Of a DNA stretch of 64,000 bases, positions 43,218 to 55,516 are shown one piece after another. Source of the stretch: Phascolarctobacterium succinatutens. GTDB taxonomy: Bacteria > Bacillota > Clostridia > Christensenellales > CAG-917. The notes below the pieces were generated by a model. It did no database searches and was not told where the DNA came from. It worked only from the letters and a program-made list of their open reading frames with translations. How positions within the stretch are numbered: position 1 is the stretch's first letter; each line of letters starts with the position of its first letter. The stretch is from positions 72 through 64,071 of the forward strand of contig CAVBBF010000003.1 in the NCBI GenBank assembly GCA_963593735.1, given 5' to 3'. Both the position numbers and the translations under genes were made by a program.

Positions 43218-46200
43218 ATGTCCCAAAGAATTCACAATCAAATGTACGGAACGACGGAAAGACGCGACTTTTCGCAAATTAAAGACGTTCTTCCTATTCC
43301 GTATCTCATTGAGGTGCAAAAGAATTCCTACGCAAATTTCATTGACGCCGGCATCACGGAAGTGTTCAAAGATTATTCTCCGATCGTTGACTTCTCCGGC
43401 AGATTGAAACTCGAATTTTTGTCACACAGATTCGACGGCGAACCCAAGTACACCGTCAAAGAGTGCAAAGATCGCGACACAACGTATGCTATTCCTCTCA
43501 AGGTGAAGGCACGCCTCACCAACAACGAAACCGGCGAAGTGGTCGAACAAGAAGTGTTTATGGGCGACTTTCCGCTTATGACGGATTCCGGCTCGTTTGT
43601 TATCAACGGTGCAGAGCGCGTTATCGTATCCCAACTTGTGAGAAGCCCCGGCGTTTACAACGACAAGGTGCTTGACAAGAACGGCGTACCTCGTTATGCG
43701 ACGACGGTCATCCCCAACAGAGGCGCGTGGCTGGAATACGAGCAAGATTCCAACGAAGTGCAATGGGTGCACGTCGACAGAACGAGAAAAATCACCGCGA
43801 CTACGCTTTTGAGAGCACTCGGTTACGGCACGGACGAGCAAATCATCGACTTGTTCGGCGGGGACGAGATGATCGTAAAGACTTGCGAAAAAGACGCTCA
43901 ATGCAAGAGCGAGGAACAAGGCAAAATCGATTTGTTCCGTCGTTTGCGTCCGGGCGAAGTTCCCACGGTCGAAGGTGCGAACATCCTCATTCACAACACG
44001 TTCTACGATTACAAGCGTTACGACTTGGCAAAGGTCGGCCGCTATAAATACAACAAGAAACTCGCGCTTGCAACGCGTATTGCGGGCTACACTCTCGCAG
44101 AGGACGTAGTAAGCAACGTCACGGGCGAAATCCTCGCTCAAAAGGGCGAAGTCGTCGACGAGGCAAAGGGCAGAGAAATTCAAAACAACGCCGTCAACGT
44201 GGTTTGGCTTGCATACACCGACCAAGACGGAAAAGAAAAGAAATTCAAAGTCATCGGCAACAACACCGTAGACCTCGACGCATTCGTCGATTGCAATCCC
44301 AGAGAACTCGGCATCACCGAAAAGGTTTACTATCCCAACCTCAAAGCCCTCATGGACGAATTCGGCGCAAACAAGGACGAATTGCTCCTTGCAATCCGCT
44401 CGTCCGTTGACGAACTCGTTTACAAGCACATCACGCTTGACGACATCGTCGCAATCGAGGACTACAACCTCGGCTTGCGCTACGGATTCGGCACCTGCGA
44501 CGACATCGACCACCTTGCAAACCGTCGCGTTCGCGCGGTAGGCGAGTTGCTTCAAAATCAATTCCGTATCGGAATCTCACGCCTTGAAAGAGTCATCAAA
44601 GAGAGAATGGCTTCCGCACAGGAGAATGCGGAAATCACGCCTCAAACGCTCATTAACATTCGCCCCGTAACGAGCGCAATCAAAGAGTTCTTCGGATCTT
44701 CGCAGTTGTCGCAATTTATGGACCAACCCAACCCGATTGCAGAACTTACGCACAAACGTAAACTCTCCGCACTCGGACCGGGCGGCTTGAACAGAGAGCG
44801 CGCAAGTTTCGAAGTGCGCGACGTTCACCACTCGCACTACGGACGTATGTGTCCTATCGAAACGCCTGAAGGTCAGAACATCGGTCTTATCACGTCGTTG
44901 TCCTCTTACGCAAAAGTCAACGAGTACGGATTTATCGAAACGCCGTACCGCAAAATCGACAAGGCGACGGGCGTCGTAACAGACGAAGTCGTTTATATGG
45001 CGGCGGACGAAGAAGACAAATACGTCATCGCACAAGCCAACGAACCTCTCGACGAAGAAAGCAAATTCGTGCGCAACCGTGTCAACTGCCGTATTCAAAA
45101 GGATATTCGAGAAGTTCCCAAGGAAAGAGCGGACTATATGGACGTCAACCCCAAGCAACTTATCTCGATTGCAACCGCGCTTATCCCGTTCCTCGAAAAC
45201 GACGATACCAACCGTGCTCTTATGGGCTCGAACATGCAACGTCAGGCAGTTCCGCTTCTCAGACCGCAAACGCCTATGATTGCAACGGGTGTCGAACATA
45301 AGATTGCTTACGACTCGGGCGTTTTGAAGATCGCAAAACACGACGGTTTCGTAAAATACGTCGACAGCGACAAGATCGTCATCGAGTGCAACGACGGCAC
45401 GACTGATACTTATATTCTCAGCAAGTTCGAGCGTTCAAACCAATCCACTTGCATAAATCAACATCCTATCGTCAACAAGGGCGACAAAGTGTACGGTCCG
45501 CTTTACGACGACAAGGGCAACCTCACAAGAGAGGGCACTGTCATTGCCGACGGTCCCGCAACCGATCACGGCGAACTCGCTCTGGGCAGAAACATGCTCA
45601 TCGGCTTTATGTCGTGGGAAGGTTACAACTACGAGGACGCTGTGCTTATCAGCGAAGAACTCGTGCGCGACGATTTGTACACTTCCATCCACATCGAAGA
45701 ATACGAAATTGAATGCCGCGACACCAAACTCGGCGACGAGCAAATCACCAGAGATATTCCGAACCTCAGCGACGAAGTGCTTAAAAATCTCGACGAGGAC
45801 GGTATCGTTATGGTGGGTGCGGAAGTCAAACCCGGCGACATCCTCGTCGGCAAAGTCACGCCGAAGGGCGAAACCGAACTCACTCCCGAAGAGAGATTGC
45901 TCCGCGCAATCTTCGGCGAGAAGGCAAGAGAAGTGCGCGACACGTCCTTGCGCGTTCCCAACGGCGAAAGCGGTATCGTGGTTGACGTGAAGATCTTCAC
46001 GAGAAAGAACAAAGACGAACTCGCGCCCGGCGTAAACAAACTCGTGCGCGTCTACATCGCTCAAAAGAGAAAAATCTCCGTCGGCGACAAGATGGCGGGT
46101 CGTCACGGAAACAAGGGCGTCGTTTCGAGAGTGCTTCCCAAAGAGGATATGCCTTTCCTTGCAGACGGCACACCCCTTCAAATCGTGCTCAATCCGCTCG

Positions 46201-47033
46201 GCGTTCCGAGCCGTATGAACATCGGACAAGTTCTCGAAGTTCACCTCGGTCTCATCGCTCATATGCTCGACTGGAAAGTCGCAACCCCCGTGTTCGACGG
46301 CGCAAACGAGCAAGACATAAAACAACTCTTCCAGCAATGCGGTCTCGTCAACGAGGACGGCGAAGTGGACGGCAAGATTCAACTCTACGACGGAAGAACG
46401 GGCGAACCGTTTGAAAACCGCGCGACGGTGGGCTATATGTACTACCTCAAACTGCATCACCTCGTAGACGACAAGATTCACGCAAGAAGCACCGGCCCGT
46501 ACAGCGTTATCACGCAACAACCGCTCGGCGGCAAGGCTCAATTCGGCGGACAACGTTTCGGCGAAATGGAAGTCTGGGCGCTCGAAGCGTACGGCGCGGC
46601 AAACGTCTTGCAAGAAATCTTGACGGTCAAATCGGACGACGTCGTCGGTCGTGTCAAGACTTACGAGTCCATCGTCAAAGGCAGCAATATATCCGAGCCC
46701 GGTATCCCAGAATCCTTCAAGGTTTTGGTCAAGGAACTTCAATCCCTCGCTCTCGACGTCAAAGTTCTCACCGAGGACAACGACGAAGTCAAGTTGCGCG
46801 AATACGACGAGGACATCGACTTCGATACGCCTATCGGCAAGAAACACGAGGAACTCAAAGAAATCGATATTCTCGGCGACAACAACATCTTCGGCGATCT
46901 CGGCGAAAGCAAGAGCGACACGGATACGAGTTTGTTCGACACCGACGATGACGACGAAAGCATTTTCAGCGCACTCACCGAAGGAACTCCGGATATGAGC
47001 GACCTCTTCGGTACAGGCTCCGACGAAGAGTAA
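43218..47033 (+). CDS. rpoB: DNA-directed RNA polymerase subunit beta
   Basis: This is a 1271-aa ORF with an AAGGAG RBS. Conserved blocks are [31 protein letters not shown] and NMQRQAVPL. Confidence 0.97.
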   Translation: MSQRIHNQMYGTTERRDFSQIKDVLPIPYLIEVQKNSYANFIDAGITEVFKDYSPIVDFSGRLKLEFLSHRFDGEPKYTVKECKDRDTTYAIPLKVKARLTNNETGEVVEQEVFMGDFPLMTDSGSFVINGAERVIVSQLVRSPGVYNDKVLDKNGVPRYATTVIPNRGAWLEYEQDSNEVQWVHVDRTRKITATTLLRALGYGTDEQIIDLFGGDEMIVKTCEKDAQCKSEEQGKIDLFRRLRPGEVPTVEGANILIHNTFYDYKRYDLAKVGRYKYNKKLALATRIAGYTLAEDVVSNVTGEILAQKGEVVDEAKGREIQNNAVNVVWLAYTDQDGKEKKFKVIGNNTVDLDAFVDCNPRELGITEKVYYPNLKALMDEFGANKDELLLAIRSSVDELVYKHITLDDIVAIEDYNLGLRYGFGTCDDIDHLANRRVRAVGELLQNQFRIGISRLERVIKERMASAQENAEITPQTLINIRPVTSAIKEFFGSSQLSQFMDQPNPIAELTHKRKLSALGPGGLNRERASFEVRDVHHSHYGRMCPIETPEGQNIGLITSLSSYAKVNEYGFIETPYRKIDKATGVVTDEVVYMAADEEDKYVIAQANEPLDEESKFVRNRVNCRIQKDIREVPKERADYMDVNPKQLISIATALIPFLENDDTNRALMGSNMQRQAVPLLRPQTPMIATGVEHKIAYDSGVLKIAKHDGFVKYVDSDKIVIECNDGTTDTYILSKFERSNQSTCINQHPIVNKGDKVYGPLYDDKGNLTREGTVIADGPATDHGELALGRNMLIGFMSWEGYNYEDAVLISEELVRDDLYTSIHIEEYEIECRDTKLGDEQITRDIPNLSDEVLKNLDEDGIVMVGAEVKPGDILVGKVTPKGETELTPEERLLRAIFGEKAREVRDTSLRVPNGESGIVVDVKIFTRKNKDELAPGVNKLVRVYIAQKRKISVGDKMAGRHGNKGVVSRVLPKEDMPFLADGTPLQIVLNPLGVPSRMNIGQVLEVHLGLIAHMLDWKVATPVFDGANEQDIKQLFQQCGLVNEDGEVDGKIQLYDGRTGEPFENRATVGYMYYLKLHHLVDDKIHARSTGPYSVITQQPLGGKAQFGGQRFGEMEVWALEAYGAANVLQEILTVKSDDVVGRVKTYESIVKGSNISEPGIPESFKVLVKELQSLALDVKVLTEDNDEVKLREYDEDIDFDTPIGKKHEELKEIDILGDNNIFGDLGESKSDTDTSLFDTDDDDESIFSALTEGTPDMSDLFGTGSDEE

Positions 47034-47046
47034 TAGGAGGCGACAT

Positions 47047-50000
47047 ATGTACGAACTCAGCAATTTCGATGCAATTCAAATCGGTATCGCTTCGCCCGAA
47101 AAGATCAGAGAATGGTCTCACGGCGAAGTCACCAAACCCGAAACTATAAACTACCGCACGCAAAAGCCCGAAAAAGACGGTCTTTTCTGCGAGAAAATCT
47201 TTGGACCTACGCGCGACTGGGAATGCCATTGCGGAAGATATAAGAGAATCCGCTATAAGGGCGTTATCTGCGAAAAGTGCGGCGTTGAGGTCACAAAATC
47301 CAAAGTCCGTCGTGAAAGAATGGGACATATCGAACTCGCTTGCCCCGTCACGCACATTTGGTATTTGAGAGGCGTTCCTTCAAGAATCAGTATCCTCTTG
47401 GACGTTTCGCCAAAGGAACTCGAACAAGTCGTTTACTTCGTGTCCTTCATCGTTCTCGATCCGGGCAAAGTGGGCGAACTTCGCAAAAAGCAAGTCATCA
47501 GCGACAAAGAGTACAGAGAACTCCTCGAAAAGTACGACGCGAAAGACTTCAGAGTGGGTATGGGCGCAGAGGCTGTCAAGGAACTTCTTATGGAAGTCGA
47601 CCTCGAAAAGGACAGCGAACAACTCAAAAACATCATCAACAATTCCGTCGGACAAAAACGTCTCAAAGCGGTCAAGCGTCTTGAAATCGTCGAAGCGTTC
47701 CGTCAATCGGGCAACAAACCCGAATGGATGGTTCTCGACGTGCTTCCCGTGCTTCCGCCCGAACTTCGCCCGATGATTCAACTCGACGGCGGCAGATTTG
47801 CAACCAGCGATCTCAACGATTTGTATCGCAGAGTCATCAACCGCAACAACCGTCTCAAAAAACTCAAAGAACTCGGCGCGCCCGACATCATCGTGCGCAA
47901 CGAGAAGCGTATGCTTCAAGAAGCCGTTGACGCTCTCATCGACAACGGTCGCAGAGGCAAAGCGGTTTCGGGTCCCGGCAACAGAGACCTCAAATCTCTT
48001 TCGGGTATGCTTCGCGGCAAGCAAGGACGTTTCCGTCAAAACTTGCTCGGCAAGCGCGTCGACTATTCCGGTCGTTCGGTTATCGTCGTCGGACCCGAAC
48101 TCAAACTCTATCAATGCGGTTTGCCAAAGGAAATGGCTTTGGAACTCTTCAAACCGTTCATTATGAACAAACTTGTCGAGCGCAACCTTTGCCATAATAT
48201 CAAGAGCGCAAAACGTTTTGTGGACACGGGCAAAAACGAGGTTTGGGATATTCTCGAAGAAATCATCAAGGATCACCCCGTGCTTCTCAACCGTGCGCCG
48301 ACGCTTCACAGACTCGGCATCCAAGCGTTCGAACCCGTGCTTGTCGAGGGCAGAGCAATCAAACTTCATCCGCTCGCCTGCGGCGCGTTCAACGCGGACT
48401 TCGACGGCGACCAAATGGCTGTTCACGTTCCTCTCTCCATCGAGGCGCAAGCGGAAGCGAGAATCTTGATGCTCTGCACAAACAACATCCTCAAACTTTC
48501 GGACGGCAAACCTATTGTTTCGCCGACGCAAGATATGGTCATCGGTTCGTACTACCTCACGATAGTCAAACCGGGCGCGAAAGGCGAGGGCAACTATTAC
48601 AGTTCCTTCGACGAGGCGATGATGGCGTATCAGGACAAAGACCTCACGCTTCAATCCCTCTGCTACATCCGCACTCAAGTGCAAGACGAGGACGGATATG
48701 TCCACAACAAACTTCTGCACACCACAATAGGTCGTTGCATCTTCAATGACAACTTGCCCCAAGATTTGCAATTTGTCGACAGATCGCTTGCAGAGAATAA
48801 GGGCCAACTCGAAGTCGAAGGCATTTTGGGCATCAACGCCTGCGTGGACGAAAATCAATTCCACCAACTCGTCGACTTGTTCAGAAACGAGGAAGTAAAT
48901 CAAGACTCGTGCGTGCGCGCGCGTTCCATATTAAAGAGAAACGCGTCCGACGCTCAAATCGCTCAAATCGCGGCGGCGGTCAAAGAAGCGGGCAATCTCG
49001 ACATCAACAACAACAAAGAGTTCTCTCGTGAAATCACCGCGCTTCGCGAAAGCATCCAAAAGGCGCTCGGCAAGAAAGCAATGGCTATCGGCAAGAAGCA
49101 ACTCAGTATGATTGTCGACAACTGCTTCAAATATCACGGCGCAACCGAAACGGCTGCAATGCTCGACAAGATCAAATCGCTCGGCTACAAGTACTCGACA
49201 ATCGGCGCAATCACCGCTTCAGTATTCGATATGCACATCCCCGGCGACAAGAAGTTGATCGTTCACCAAGCGGAAGAACAAGTTGTCCGCATCGAAAAAC
49301 TCCACGCAAGAGGCGTGCTCTCCGACGAAGGTCGTTACAAAGAAATCATCAAGATTTGGAAAGACGCTGCCGACAAGGTCGAAAACGAACTCAAAAAAGG
49401 TCTTGACGACTTCAACCCGATTTGGATGATGGCAAACTCCGGCGCGCGTGGCAGTATGGGACAAATCCGACAACTCGCAGGTATGCGCGGCTTGATGGCT
49501 GACCCGTCCGGTCGTACAATCGAGTTGCCTGTTCGCTCCTCCTTCCGTGAAGGCTTGTCCGTTTTGGAATACTTCATTTCATCGCACGGCGGCAGAAAAG
49601 GTCTTGCGGACACCGCTCTTAAGACGGCTGACTCGGGCTACCTCACAAGACGGTTGGTCGATGTTTCGCACTCGGTCGTCGTCAGAGAACAAGACTGCGG
49701 CGACACCAAAGGCACCTTTATCACCGCAATCAGAGACGAAAAGAGCGTCATCGAAGCGCTTGCAGACCGTATCGCAGGCAGATATACCATCGGCAACGTG
49801 GTCGACCCCGCAACGGGCGAAATCATCTGCGAAGGCGACACGCTCATCTCAAGCGACAAAGCAAAAGAAATCGACAAGAAACTTACTTCCTACTGGGAAA
49901 GCAACGGCTCGGATATGCACCATCAACCAGGCGTGCTTATCCGTTCGATTCTCACATGTAAGTCCAAAAACGGCGTGTGCGTGAAGTGCTACGGCAAGAA

Positions 50001-50907
50001 CATGGCTTCTGGCAACCCTGTCAAGATCGGCGAAGCGGTCGGTATCATCGCAGCGCAGTCAATCGGCGAACCCGGTACCCAACTTACGATGCGTACATTC
50101 CACTCGGGCGGCGTTGCAACCGACGACGATATCACGCAAGGTTTGCCGCGTGTCGAGGAATTGTTCGAAGCGCGCAATCCTAAAGGTAAAGCGGTCATCA
50201 CCGAGAACAACGGTATCGTCCACATCTCGGACGATCGCCGCGAAATCACGGTCACGGGTCCCGACGGCGAAGCAAAATCCTATGCTATCCCGTACAACGC
50301 AAACATTCTCGTCGGCGAGGGCGAAACCATCGGCGCGGGCGATCCGCTCACCAAAGGTTCAATCAACCCGCAAGATATGCTCCGTGCAAAGGGCGTAAAG
50401 GGCGTTCAGGAATACATCGCGAAGGAAGTTCAATCCGCATACCGCACCGCAGGCGTCGAAATCAACGACAAGCACGTTGAGGTCATCGTCAGACAAATGC
50501 TCCGCAAAGTCCGTATCGAAAATCAAGGCGATACGAATATGCTCCCCGGCACTCTCGTCGACTTGCTCTCTTATGAGGAAGAAAACGAAAAAGCAATCGA
50601 AAACGGCGGCGTTCCCGCAACGGCAAAACGTACCCTTTTGGGTATCACCAAAGCCGCTCTCGCAACGGAATCCTTCCTCTCGGCTGCGTCCTTCCAAGAG
50701 ACCGCAAAAGTCTTGGCAGAGGCTGCAATCAACAACAGAAAAGATCCGCTCCTCGGCTTGAAAGAGAACGTCATCATCGGCAAACTTATTCCTGCCGGCA
50801 CGGGTATGAAGTGCTATAAGAACGTCACGACGGTTGCGGAAAATCAAACCCAACCTGCCGACATCGTCATCGATCAACACATCGAGGACGAACTCGAAGA
50901 AGAATAA
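47047..50907 (+). CDS. rpoC: DNA-directed RNA polymerase subunit beta'
   Basis: This is a 1286-aa ORF with a GGAGG RBS. The N-terminal zinc finger is [23 protein letters not shown] and the catalytic motif is [12 protein letters not shown]. Confidence 0.97.
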   Translation: MYELSNFDAIQIGIASPEKIREWSHGEVTKPETINYRTQKPEKDGLFCEKIFGPTRDWECHCGRYKRIRYKGVICEKCGVEVTKSKVRRERMGHIELACPVTHIWYLRGVPSRISILLDVSPKELEQVVYFVSFIVLDPGKVGELRKKQVISDKEYRELLEKYDAKDFRVGMGAEAVKELLMEVDLEKDSEQLKNIINNSVGQKRLKAVKRLEIVEAFRQSGNKPEWMVLDVLPVLPPELRPMIQLDGGRFATSDLNDLYRRVINRNNRLKKLKELGAPDIIVRNEKRMLQEAVDALIDNGRRGKAVSGPGNRDLKSLSGMLRGKQGRFRQNLLGKRVDYSGRSVIVVGPELKLYQCGLPKEMALELFKPFIMNKLVERNLCHNIKSAKRFVDTGKNEVWDILEEIIKDHPVLLNRAPTLHRLGIQAFEPVLVEGRAIKLHPLACGAFNADFDGDQMAVHVPLSIEAQAEARILMLCTNNILKLSDGKPIVSPTQDMVIGSYYLTIVKPGAKGEGNYYSSFDEAMMAYQDKDLTLQSLCYIRTQVQDEDGYVHNKLLHTTIGRCIFNDNLPQDLQFVDRSLAENKGQLEVEGILGINACVDENQFHQLVDLFRNEEVNQDSCVRARSILKRNASDAQIAQIAAAVKEAGNLDINNNKEFSREITALRESIQKALGKKAMAIGKKQLSMIVDNCFKYHGATETAAMLDKIKSLGYKYSTIGAITASVFDMHIPGDKKLIVHQAEEQVVRIEKLHARGVLSDEGRYKEIIKIWKDAADKVENELKKGLDDFNPIWMMANSGARGSMGQIRQLAGMRGLMADPSGRTIELPVRSSFREGLSVLEYFISSHGGRKGLADTALKTADSGYLTRRLVDVSHSVVVREQDCGDTKGTFITAIRDEKSVIEALADRIAGRYTIGNVVDPATGEIICEGDTLISSDKAKEIDKKLTSYWESNGSDMHHQPGVLIRSILTCKSKNGVCVKCYGKNMASGNPVKIGEAVGIIAAQSIGEPGTQLTMRTFHSGGVATDDDITQGLPRVEELFEARNPKGKAVITENNGIVHISDDRREITVTGPDGEAKSYAIPYNANILVGEGETIGAGDPLTKGSINPQDMLRAKGVKGVQEYIAKEVQSAYRTAGVEINDKHVEVIVRQMLRKVRIENQGDTNMLPGTLVDLLSYEEENEKAIENGGVPATAKRTLLGITKAALATESFLSAASFQETAKVLAEAAINNRKDPLLGLKENVIIGKLIPAGTGMKCYKNVTTVAENQTQPADIVIDQHIEDELEEE

Positions 50908-52088
50908 TGAAAAAAAGATTTTTTACATCTGAAAGCGTGACGGAAGGACATCCCGACAAGGTGTGCGACCAGATCGCAGACGCAATTCTCGACGACATTT
51001 TCGCAGAGGACGCCTCTGCGAGAGTCGCCGTTGAAGTGTGTGCCACAACGGGCATGGTTATGGTGTTCGGCGAAGTCAGCACCACGCATTACTGCGACAT
51101 TCCCGCAATAGTGAGAAGCGTCATAAAAGACGTAGGCTACAACGACAGTTCGCTCGGATTCGACTACAAGACGTGTGCCGTTCTCAGTTCCATCGACGAG
51201 CAATCGCCCGACATCGCTATGGGCGTTGACGAAGCGTCGGACAGCGACGGCAAGGATGTGTACGACAAGACGGGCGCAGGCGATCAGGGTATGATGTTCG
51301 GATATGCTTGTGACGAAACGGAGTCGCTTATGCCTCTCCCGATCACGCTCGCACACGCGCTCACAAAACGCCTTACCGACGTAAGAAAGAGCGGCGAACT
51401 TTCCTGGCTTCGTCCCGACGGCAAAGCGCAAGTCACCGTCGAATATATCGACGACGTTCCCGAAAGAGTTGACGCGATCGTTGTGAGTTGTCAGCACTCG
51501 GAAGACGTAGGCATGGACGAACTCGAAGAGGAAATAATCGACAAGGTTATCTCTTATGCAATTCCGCAAGAGTACATCGACGACGACACCAAGATTTACA
51601 TCAACCCGACAGGAAGATTCGTAATCGGCGGACCCGCAGGCGACAGCGGCGTTACGGGAAGAAAGATTATCGTCGACACATACGGCGGATTCTGTCCTCA
51701 CGGCGGCGGCGCGTTCAGCGGCAAAGACCCTACGAAAGTGGACAGAAGCGCGTCATATATGGCTCGCTACATCTGCAAGAATCTCGTTGCGGCAGGCGTG
51801 TGCAAGAGAGCGGAATTGCAAGTCGCATACGCAATCGGCATGGCGCACCCTGTTTCCGTGTACGTCAACACCTACGGCAGCGGCGTTGTAGGCGACGATT
51901 TGCTTGCAAAAGTCGTGCGCGAAGTGTTCGATTTGCGCCCGAAGGCAATCATCGATCATCTGCAACTTGCAAAACCCATTTACCGCAAAACTTCCAACTA
52001 CGGACATTTCGGCAAGGAAGGTTTCAGTTGGGAAGAAACGGATATGACAGAGCAAGTCAAGCAAGCAGTCGAAAAATACAAATTTTGA
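50907..52088 (+). CDS. metK: S-adenosylmethionine synthase
   Basis: It contains [34 protein letters not shown] and [16 protein letters not shown]. The ATG shares its A with the rpoC TAA stop (TAATG). Confidence 0.95.
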   Translation: MKKRFFTSESVTEGHPDKVCDQIADAILDDIFAEDASARVAVEVCATTGMVMVFGEVSTTHYCDIPAIVRSVIKDVGYNDSSLGFDYKTCAVLSSIDEQSPDIAMGVDEASDSDGKDVYDKTGAGDQGMMFGYACDETESLMPLPITLAHALTKRLTDVRKSGELSWLRPDGKAQVTVEYIDDVPERVDAIVVSCQHSEDVGMDELEEEIIDKVISYAIPQEYIDDDTKIYINPTGRFVIGGPAGDSGVTGRKIIVDTYGGFCPHGGGAFSGKDPTKVDRSASYMARYICKNLVAAGVCKRAELQVAYAIGMAHPVSVYVNTYGSGVVGDDLLAKVVREVFDLRPKAIIDHLQLAKPIYRKTSNYGHFGKEGFSWEETDMTEQVKQAVEKYKF

Positions 52089-52100
52089 ATACGCGAGATA

Positions 52101-52130
52101 AAAACGGTAGGATAACCCTACCGTTTTTTC
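52101..52130 (+). terminator. Rho-independent terminator after metK
   Basis: ACGGTAGG-ataac-CCTACCGT followed by TTTTTT. Confidence 0.8.
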
Positions 52131-52132
52131 TC

Positions 52133-52285
52133 AAAAACGCCGTAAAATCGGCATAAAAAACGGCTTAAAAACGCCGTAAAATCGGCATAAAAAACGCCGT
52201 AAAAACATCATAAAAAACGGCTTAAAATGACGTAAAATCGACACGAAAACGCCGTGAATTCGGCATAAAATCGAAAATAATATCA
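52133..52285. repeat. Phased A-tract array (about 13 A4-A6 tracts, about 11-bp period) upstream of recD2
   Basis: A-tracts start at 52133, 52144, 52155, 52167, 52178, 52189, 52201, 52212, 52224, 52234, 52246, 52267 and 52274. The units are AAAAACGCCGT, AAAATCGGCAT and AAAAAACGGCTT. Confidence 0.75.
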
Positions 52286-52301
52286 TCGAAAAGGAAAGAA
52301 A

Positions 52302-54521
52302 ATGCAACTTGCAGGCGAAATAAAAGACGTTATATTCGCAAGCGCGGACACCGGTTATACGGTTCTCGATATGAGATGCGAGGACTCGGTTTTTACCGTT
52401 GTCGGCATTTTCCCGCCTGTAAGCGAGGGTATGAATATAAGAGTCGAGGGCAAGTTTCAAACTCGCACGACCTACGGAAAGCAGTTTTGCGCCGACAAAG
52501 TGTGGGTGTCCGCGCCGTCCAAACTGGAAGGAATAAAGAAGTTTTTGGGCAGCGGACTTATATCGGGACTGGGCCCCGTTACGGCGCAGGCTATCGTGGA
52601 TATGTTCGGCGTGGATTCGCTCGATGCGATGAAATATCCGATGGAACTTTCAAAAGTGAGAGGCATATCGCTAAAGCGCGCGACGGAATTCGGAATGAAT
52701 TACGCCAAAGTGCAGAAGATGCAAGACGCGGTGATGTTCTTGCAAAATCTCGGAATCAGCGTCAATATGTCCCTCAAAATTTATCGCACGTACGACGTGA
52801 AAACCGTCGATAATGTGCGCAAAAATCCGTATATGCTCGTCGACGACGTGGACGGAATAGGCTTTGCCACGGCGGACAGAATCGCAGGCGAACTGGGAAT
52901 AGAAAAGGACAGCGACTATCGCATTTGCGCCGCCATAACTTATCTTCTCAAAGAAGCGGCGACGAGAAGCGGACACAACTATTTGCCCGAAAACGACCTT
53001 TTGGCAAACGCAATCGCACTTTTAAGCATCGATTCGGAAGATATAGCCCAAAGAGTGCGCGACAATATGATGGATATGGTTATGCTCGGCGACCTCGTGA
53101 GATACGAAACGAAAGAGCATACCGCCATACTCTTGAAAAAGAATTTCAACACCGAAAAGAGCATTGCGAGAAAACTGTTGCAATTAAAGCAAGAGGCTTC
53201 CGACTTTAGAGTGGACGTAGAGCACGAAGTCGCAAGATTCGAAAAAGACGCAGGCTTTTCTCTTCACGAAAATCAAATCGCCGCAGTCAGAGAAACCATC
53301 GAAAACGGAGTGCAGATAGTCACCGGCGGTCCCGGAACGGGCAAAACGACAATCGTCAAATGCATACTCAAACTGTTCAAGGATCTGGGACAGAGGGTTG
53401 CGCTTTGCGCGCCTACGGGCAGAGCCGCAAAGAGACTTTCGCAAGCAACCGGCGAGGAAGCAAAAACCATTCACCGTATGCTCGATTTGGACTACAAAAA
53501 CGGCGAAGGACATTTCACTTACAACGAGAACACTCGCTTGCCGGTTGACGTGGTGATTGCGGACGAGGTGAGTATGGTGGACGAATACGTCTTTTCAGCA
53601 CTCATAAACGCACTCGAAAGAGGCTCGCGCCTCGTGCTTGTCGGCGACAAGGACCAACTCGCTTCGGTTGGCGTTGGCAACGTGCTTAACGACCTCATCA
53701 AATGCGGAAAGTTCAACGTGAGTTATCTCACGCAGATTTACCGCCAGAGCGAAAAGAGCAAAATAGTCACCAATGCGCACAAAATCAACAGCGGCGTTAT
53801 GCCCGACATCGACAACAAGAGCAGTGACTTCTTCTTTGAAGAAAAAGACACGAGCGAGGACATCTGCGCAAACACCATTGCGCTCGTCACTCGCCGCTTG
53901 CCCAAATACCTCAACGTCGCGCCGAGCGAGATTCAAGTGCTTTGTCCGATGAAACGGGGCGTTGCGGGCACTATGAACCTAAACAAAGAGTTGCAAAAAA
54001 TAATCAATCCTCCCTCGCCGCATAAGCGAGAAGTCAAACGCGCGGATTGCATTTATCGCGAGGGCGACAAGGTTATGCAACTTCAAAACAATTATCAGCA
54101 GGAATGGTCGCAGACGGACGGCTTTAAGACCGTGCGCGGAAGCGGCGTTTTCAACGGCGATATAGGCGTGATTGAAAGCATAAATGCGCAGATTATGCAG
54201 TTTACCGTGCGTTTTGATGACGATAAAGTGTCGATTTACGAATATAGCGATATCGACCAACTTACGCTCGCATACGCCGTCACGATACACAAATCGCAAG
54301 GCTGCGAGTTTGACGCGGTGGTGATCGCACTCGATGCAAACTATATGCTACAAACGAGAAACTTGCTATACACTGCGGTTACGAGGGCAAAGAAACTCGT
54401 CGTGATAAGCGGCAGCAAAAAGACAGTGCAACGTATGATACAAAACAACGAAACCGCAAGAAGATACTCGCTTCTCATCGAACTTATCGAGCAGGAATGG
54501 CAAGGCGGCGCGTATGATTGA
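52302..54521 (+). CDS. recD2: RecD2-like SF1B ATP-dependent DNA helicase
   Basis: It contains VTGGPGTGKTT, VIADEVSMVD, LVGDKDQLASVG and AVTIHKSQGCEFDAVV. Confidence 0.9.
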   Translation: MQLAGEIKDVIFASADTGYTVLDMRCEDSVFTVVGIFPPVSEGMNIRVEGKFQTRTTYGKQFCADKVWVSAPSKLEGIKKFLGSGLISGLGPVTAQAIVDMFGVDSLDAMKYPMELSKVRGISLKRATEFGMNYAKVQKMQDAVMFLQNLGISVNMSLKIYRTYDVKTVDNVRKNPYMLVDDVDGIGFATADRIAGELGIEKDSDYRICAAITYLLKEAATRSGHNYLPENDLLANAIALLSIDSEDIAQRVRDNMMDMVMLGDLVRYETKEHTAILLKKNFNTEKSIARKLLQLKQEASDFRVDVEHEVARFEKDAGFSLHENQIAAVRETIENGVQIVTGGPGTGKTTIVKCILKLFKDLGQRVALCAPTGRAAKRLSQATGEEAKTIHRMLDLDYKNGEGHFTYNENTRLPVDVVIADEVSMVDEYVFSALINALERGSRLVLVGDKDQLASVGVGNVLNDLIKCGKFNVSYLTQIYRQSEKSKIVTNAHKINSGVMPDIDNKSSDFFFEEKDTSEDICANTIALVTRRLPKYLNVAPSEIQVLCPMKRGVAGTMNLNKELQKIINPPSPHKREVKRADCIYREGDKVMQLQNNYQQEWSQTDGFKTVRGSGVFNGDIGVIESINAQIMQFTVRFDDDKVSIYEYSDIDQLTLAYAVTIHKSQGCEFDAVVIALDANYMLQTRNLLYTAVTRAKKLVVISGSKKTVQRMIQNNETARRYSLLIELIEQEWQGGAYD

Positions 54522-55440
54522 GACTGAAGATAAAGTGGAGAGCGAAACCGCAATCCCATCGTTAGGCACCGTATCTGCGGACGAGGCGCAAAACGCCGAA
54601 GCGCAAGACAGTGATGCGCAAAGCGGTGAAATTCAAAGAGAAAATTTGCAGGGCGAACAAAAGAACGCAAAGGGCGGCAAGAAAAAAGCCCTAATGCAAA
54701 AGGTCAAGGCGTTTTTTAAGAAGTTGCTTTGCGAGTTCGATTCGGCGCTGTTTCCGCTCGATTGCACTTGCGACGTATGCGGCGAGGAACTCGTCGATGA
54801 CACGAGATATCGCCTTTGCTCGGAATGTATCGAAAAGTTGCCGTTTGTCAAAGGACACATTTGTTTGAATTGCGGCGTTCCGCTTAAAGACGAAAGCGAC
54901 TACTGCAACCGCTGTCAAAATCAAAAGTCCGAATTTGTGAAGAACCGCTCGCCCCTCGCATACGATGGCGAAGTGAAAAAGTTGATATACAAACTGAAAT
55001 TCGGCAAGAAAACATATATCGCTCAAACGCTCGGCGCGCTTATGGCGGACAAGTTTCTCGAGTGCGGTATGGATTCGGAAATCATCGTTTTTGTGCCGAT
55101 GACGAACGAGGAAGTGAAGAAAAGAGGATTCAATCAAGCCGAACTTTTGGCGTACGAGGTGGGGAAAAGGCTTAATATCGCCGTGCTTCCCGCGCTCGTC
55201 AAGGTGAAAGACACCTCGCAACAAAAGGAACTCAAAGGCAAAGATAGAGCAACCAATCTCGACGGCGCGTTTGCTTGCGCTTTCGAGCAAGTCAAGGGAA
55301 GAAAGATTTTGCTTATAGACGACATTTTCACCACGGGCGCGACCGCCAACGAGTGCGCAAAGACGTTGCTCAAAGCAAAGGCGAGACAAGTGTGCGTGCT
55401 GACGGCAGCCGTCACGCAACTTAAAATCCCAAACGAGTGA
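54514..55440 (+). CDS. comFC: ComF family protein (phosphoribosyltransferase-like, ComFC)
   Basis: The Zn-finger pairs are CDVCGEEL...CSEC and CLNCG...CNRC. The PRTase motif is ILLIDDIFTTGAT. The first ~60 aa are low complexity, so the true start may be the Met at ~54694. Confidence 0.8.
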   Translation: MIETEDKVESETAIPSLGTVSADEAQNAEAQDSDAQSGEIQRENLQGEQKNAKGGKKKALMQKVKAFFKKLLCEFDSALFPLDCTCDVCGEELVDDTRYRLCSECIEKLPFVKGHICLNCGVPLKDESDYCNRCQNQKSEFVKNRSPLAYDGEVKKLIYKLKFGKKTYIAQTLGALMADKFLECGMDSEIIVFVPMTNEEVKKRGFNQAELLAYEVGKRLNIAVLPALVKVKDTSQQKELKGKDRATNLDGAFACAFEQVKGRKILLIDDIFTTGATANECAKTLLKAKARQVCVLTAAVTQLKIPNE

Positions 55441-55516
55441 TATAGATTGATATATGCGAATTTGTATAGTATAATCTTATGTAATAAAATTTGCTCAAAT
55501 ATAATAAAGGTGAACT

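Noticed and set aside
46780-47033. The acidic ~80-aa C-terminal extension of RpoB, considered as an unusual feature.
   Set aside because: Acidic C-terminal tails are common in Bacillota RpoB proteins, so this is not distinctive enough to report as a finding.
50800-50910. A SAM riboswitch upstream of metK.
   Set aside because: The metK start overlaps the rpoC stop, so there is no non-coding leader at all.
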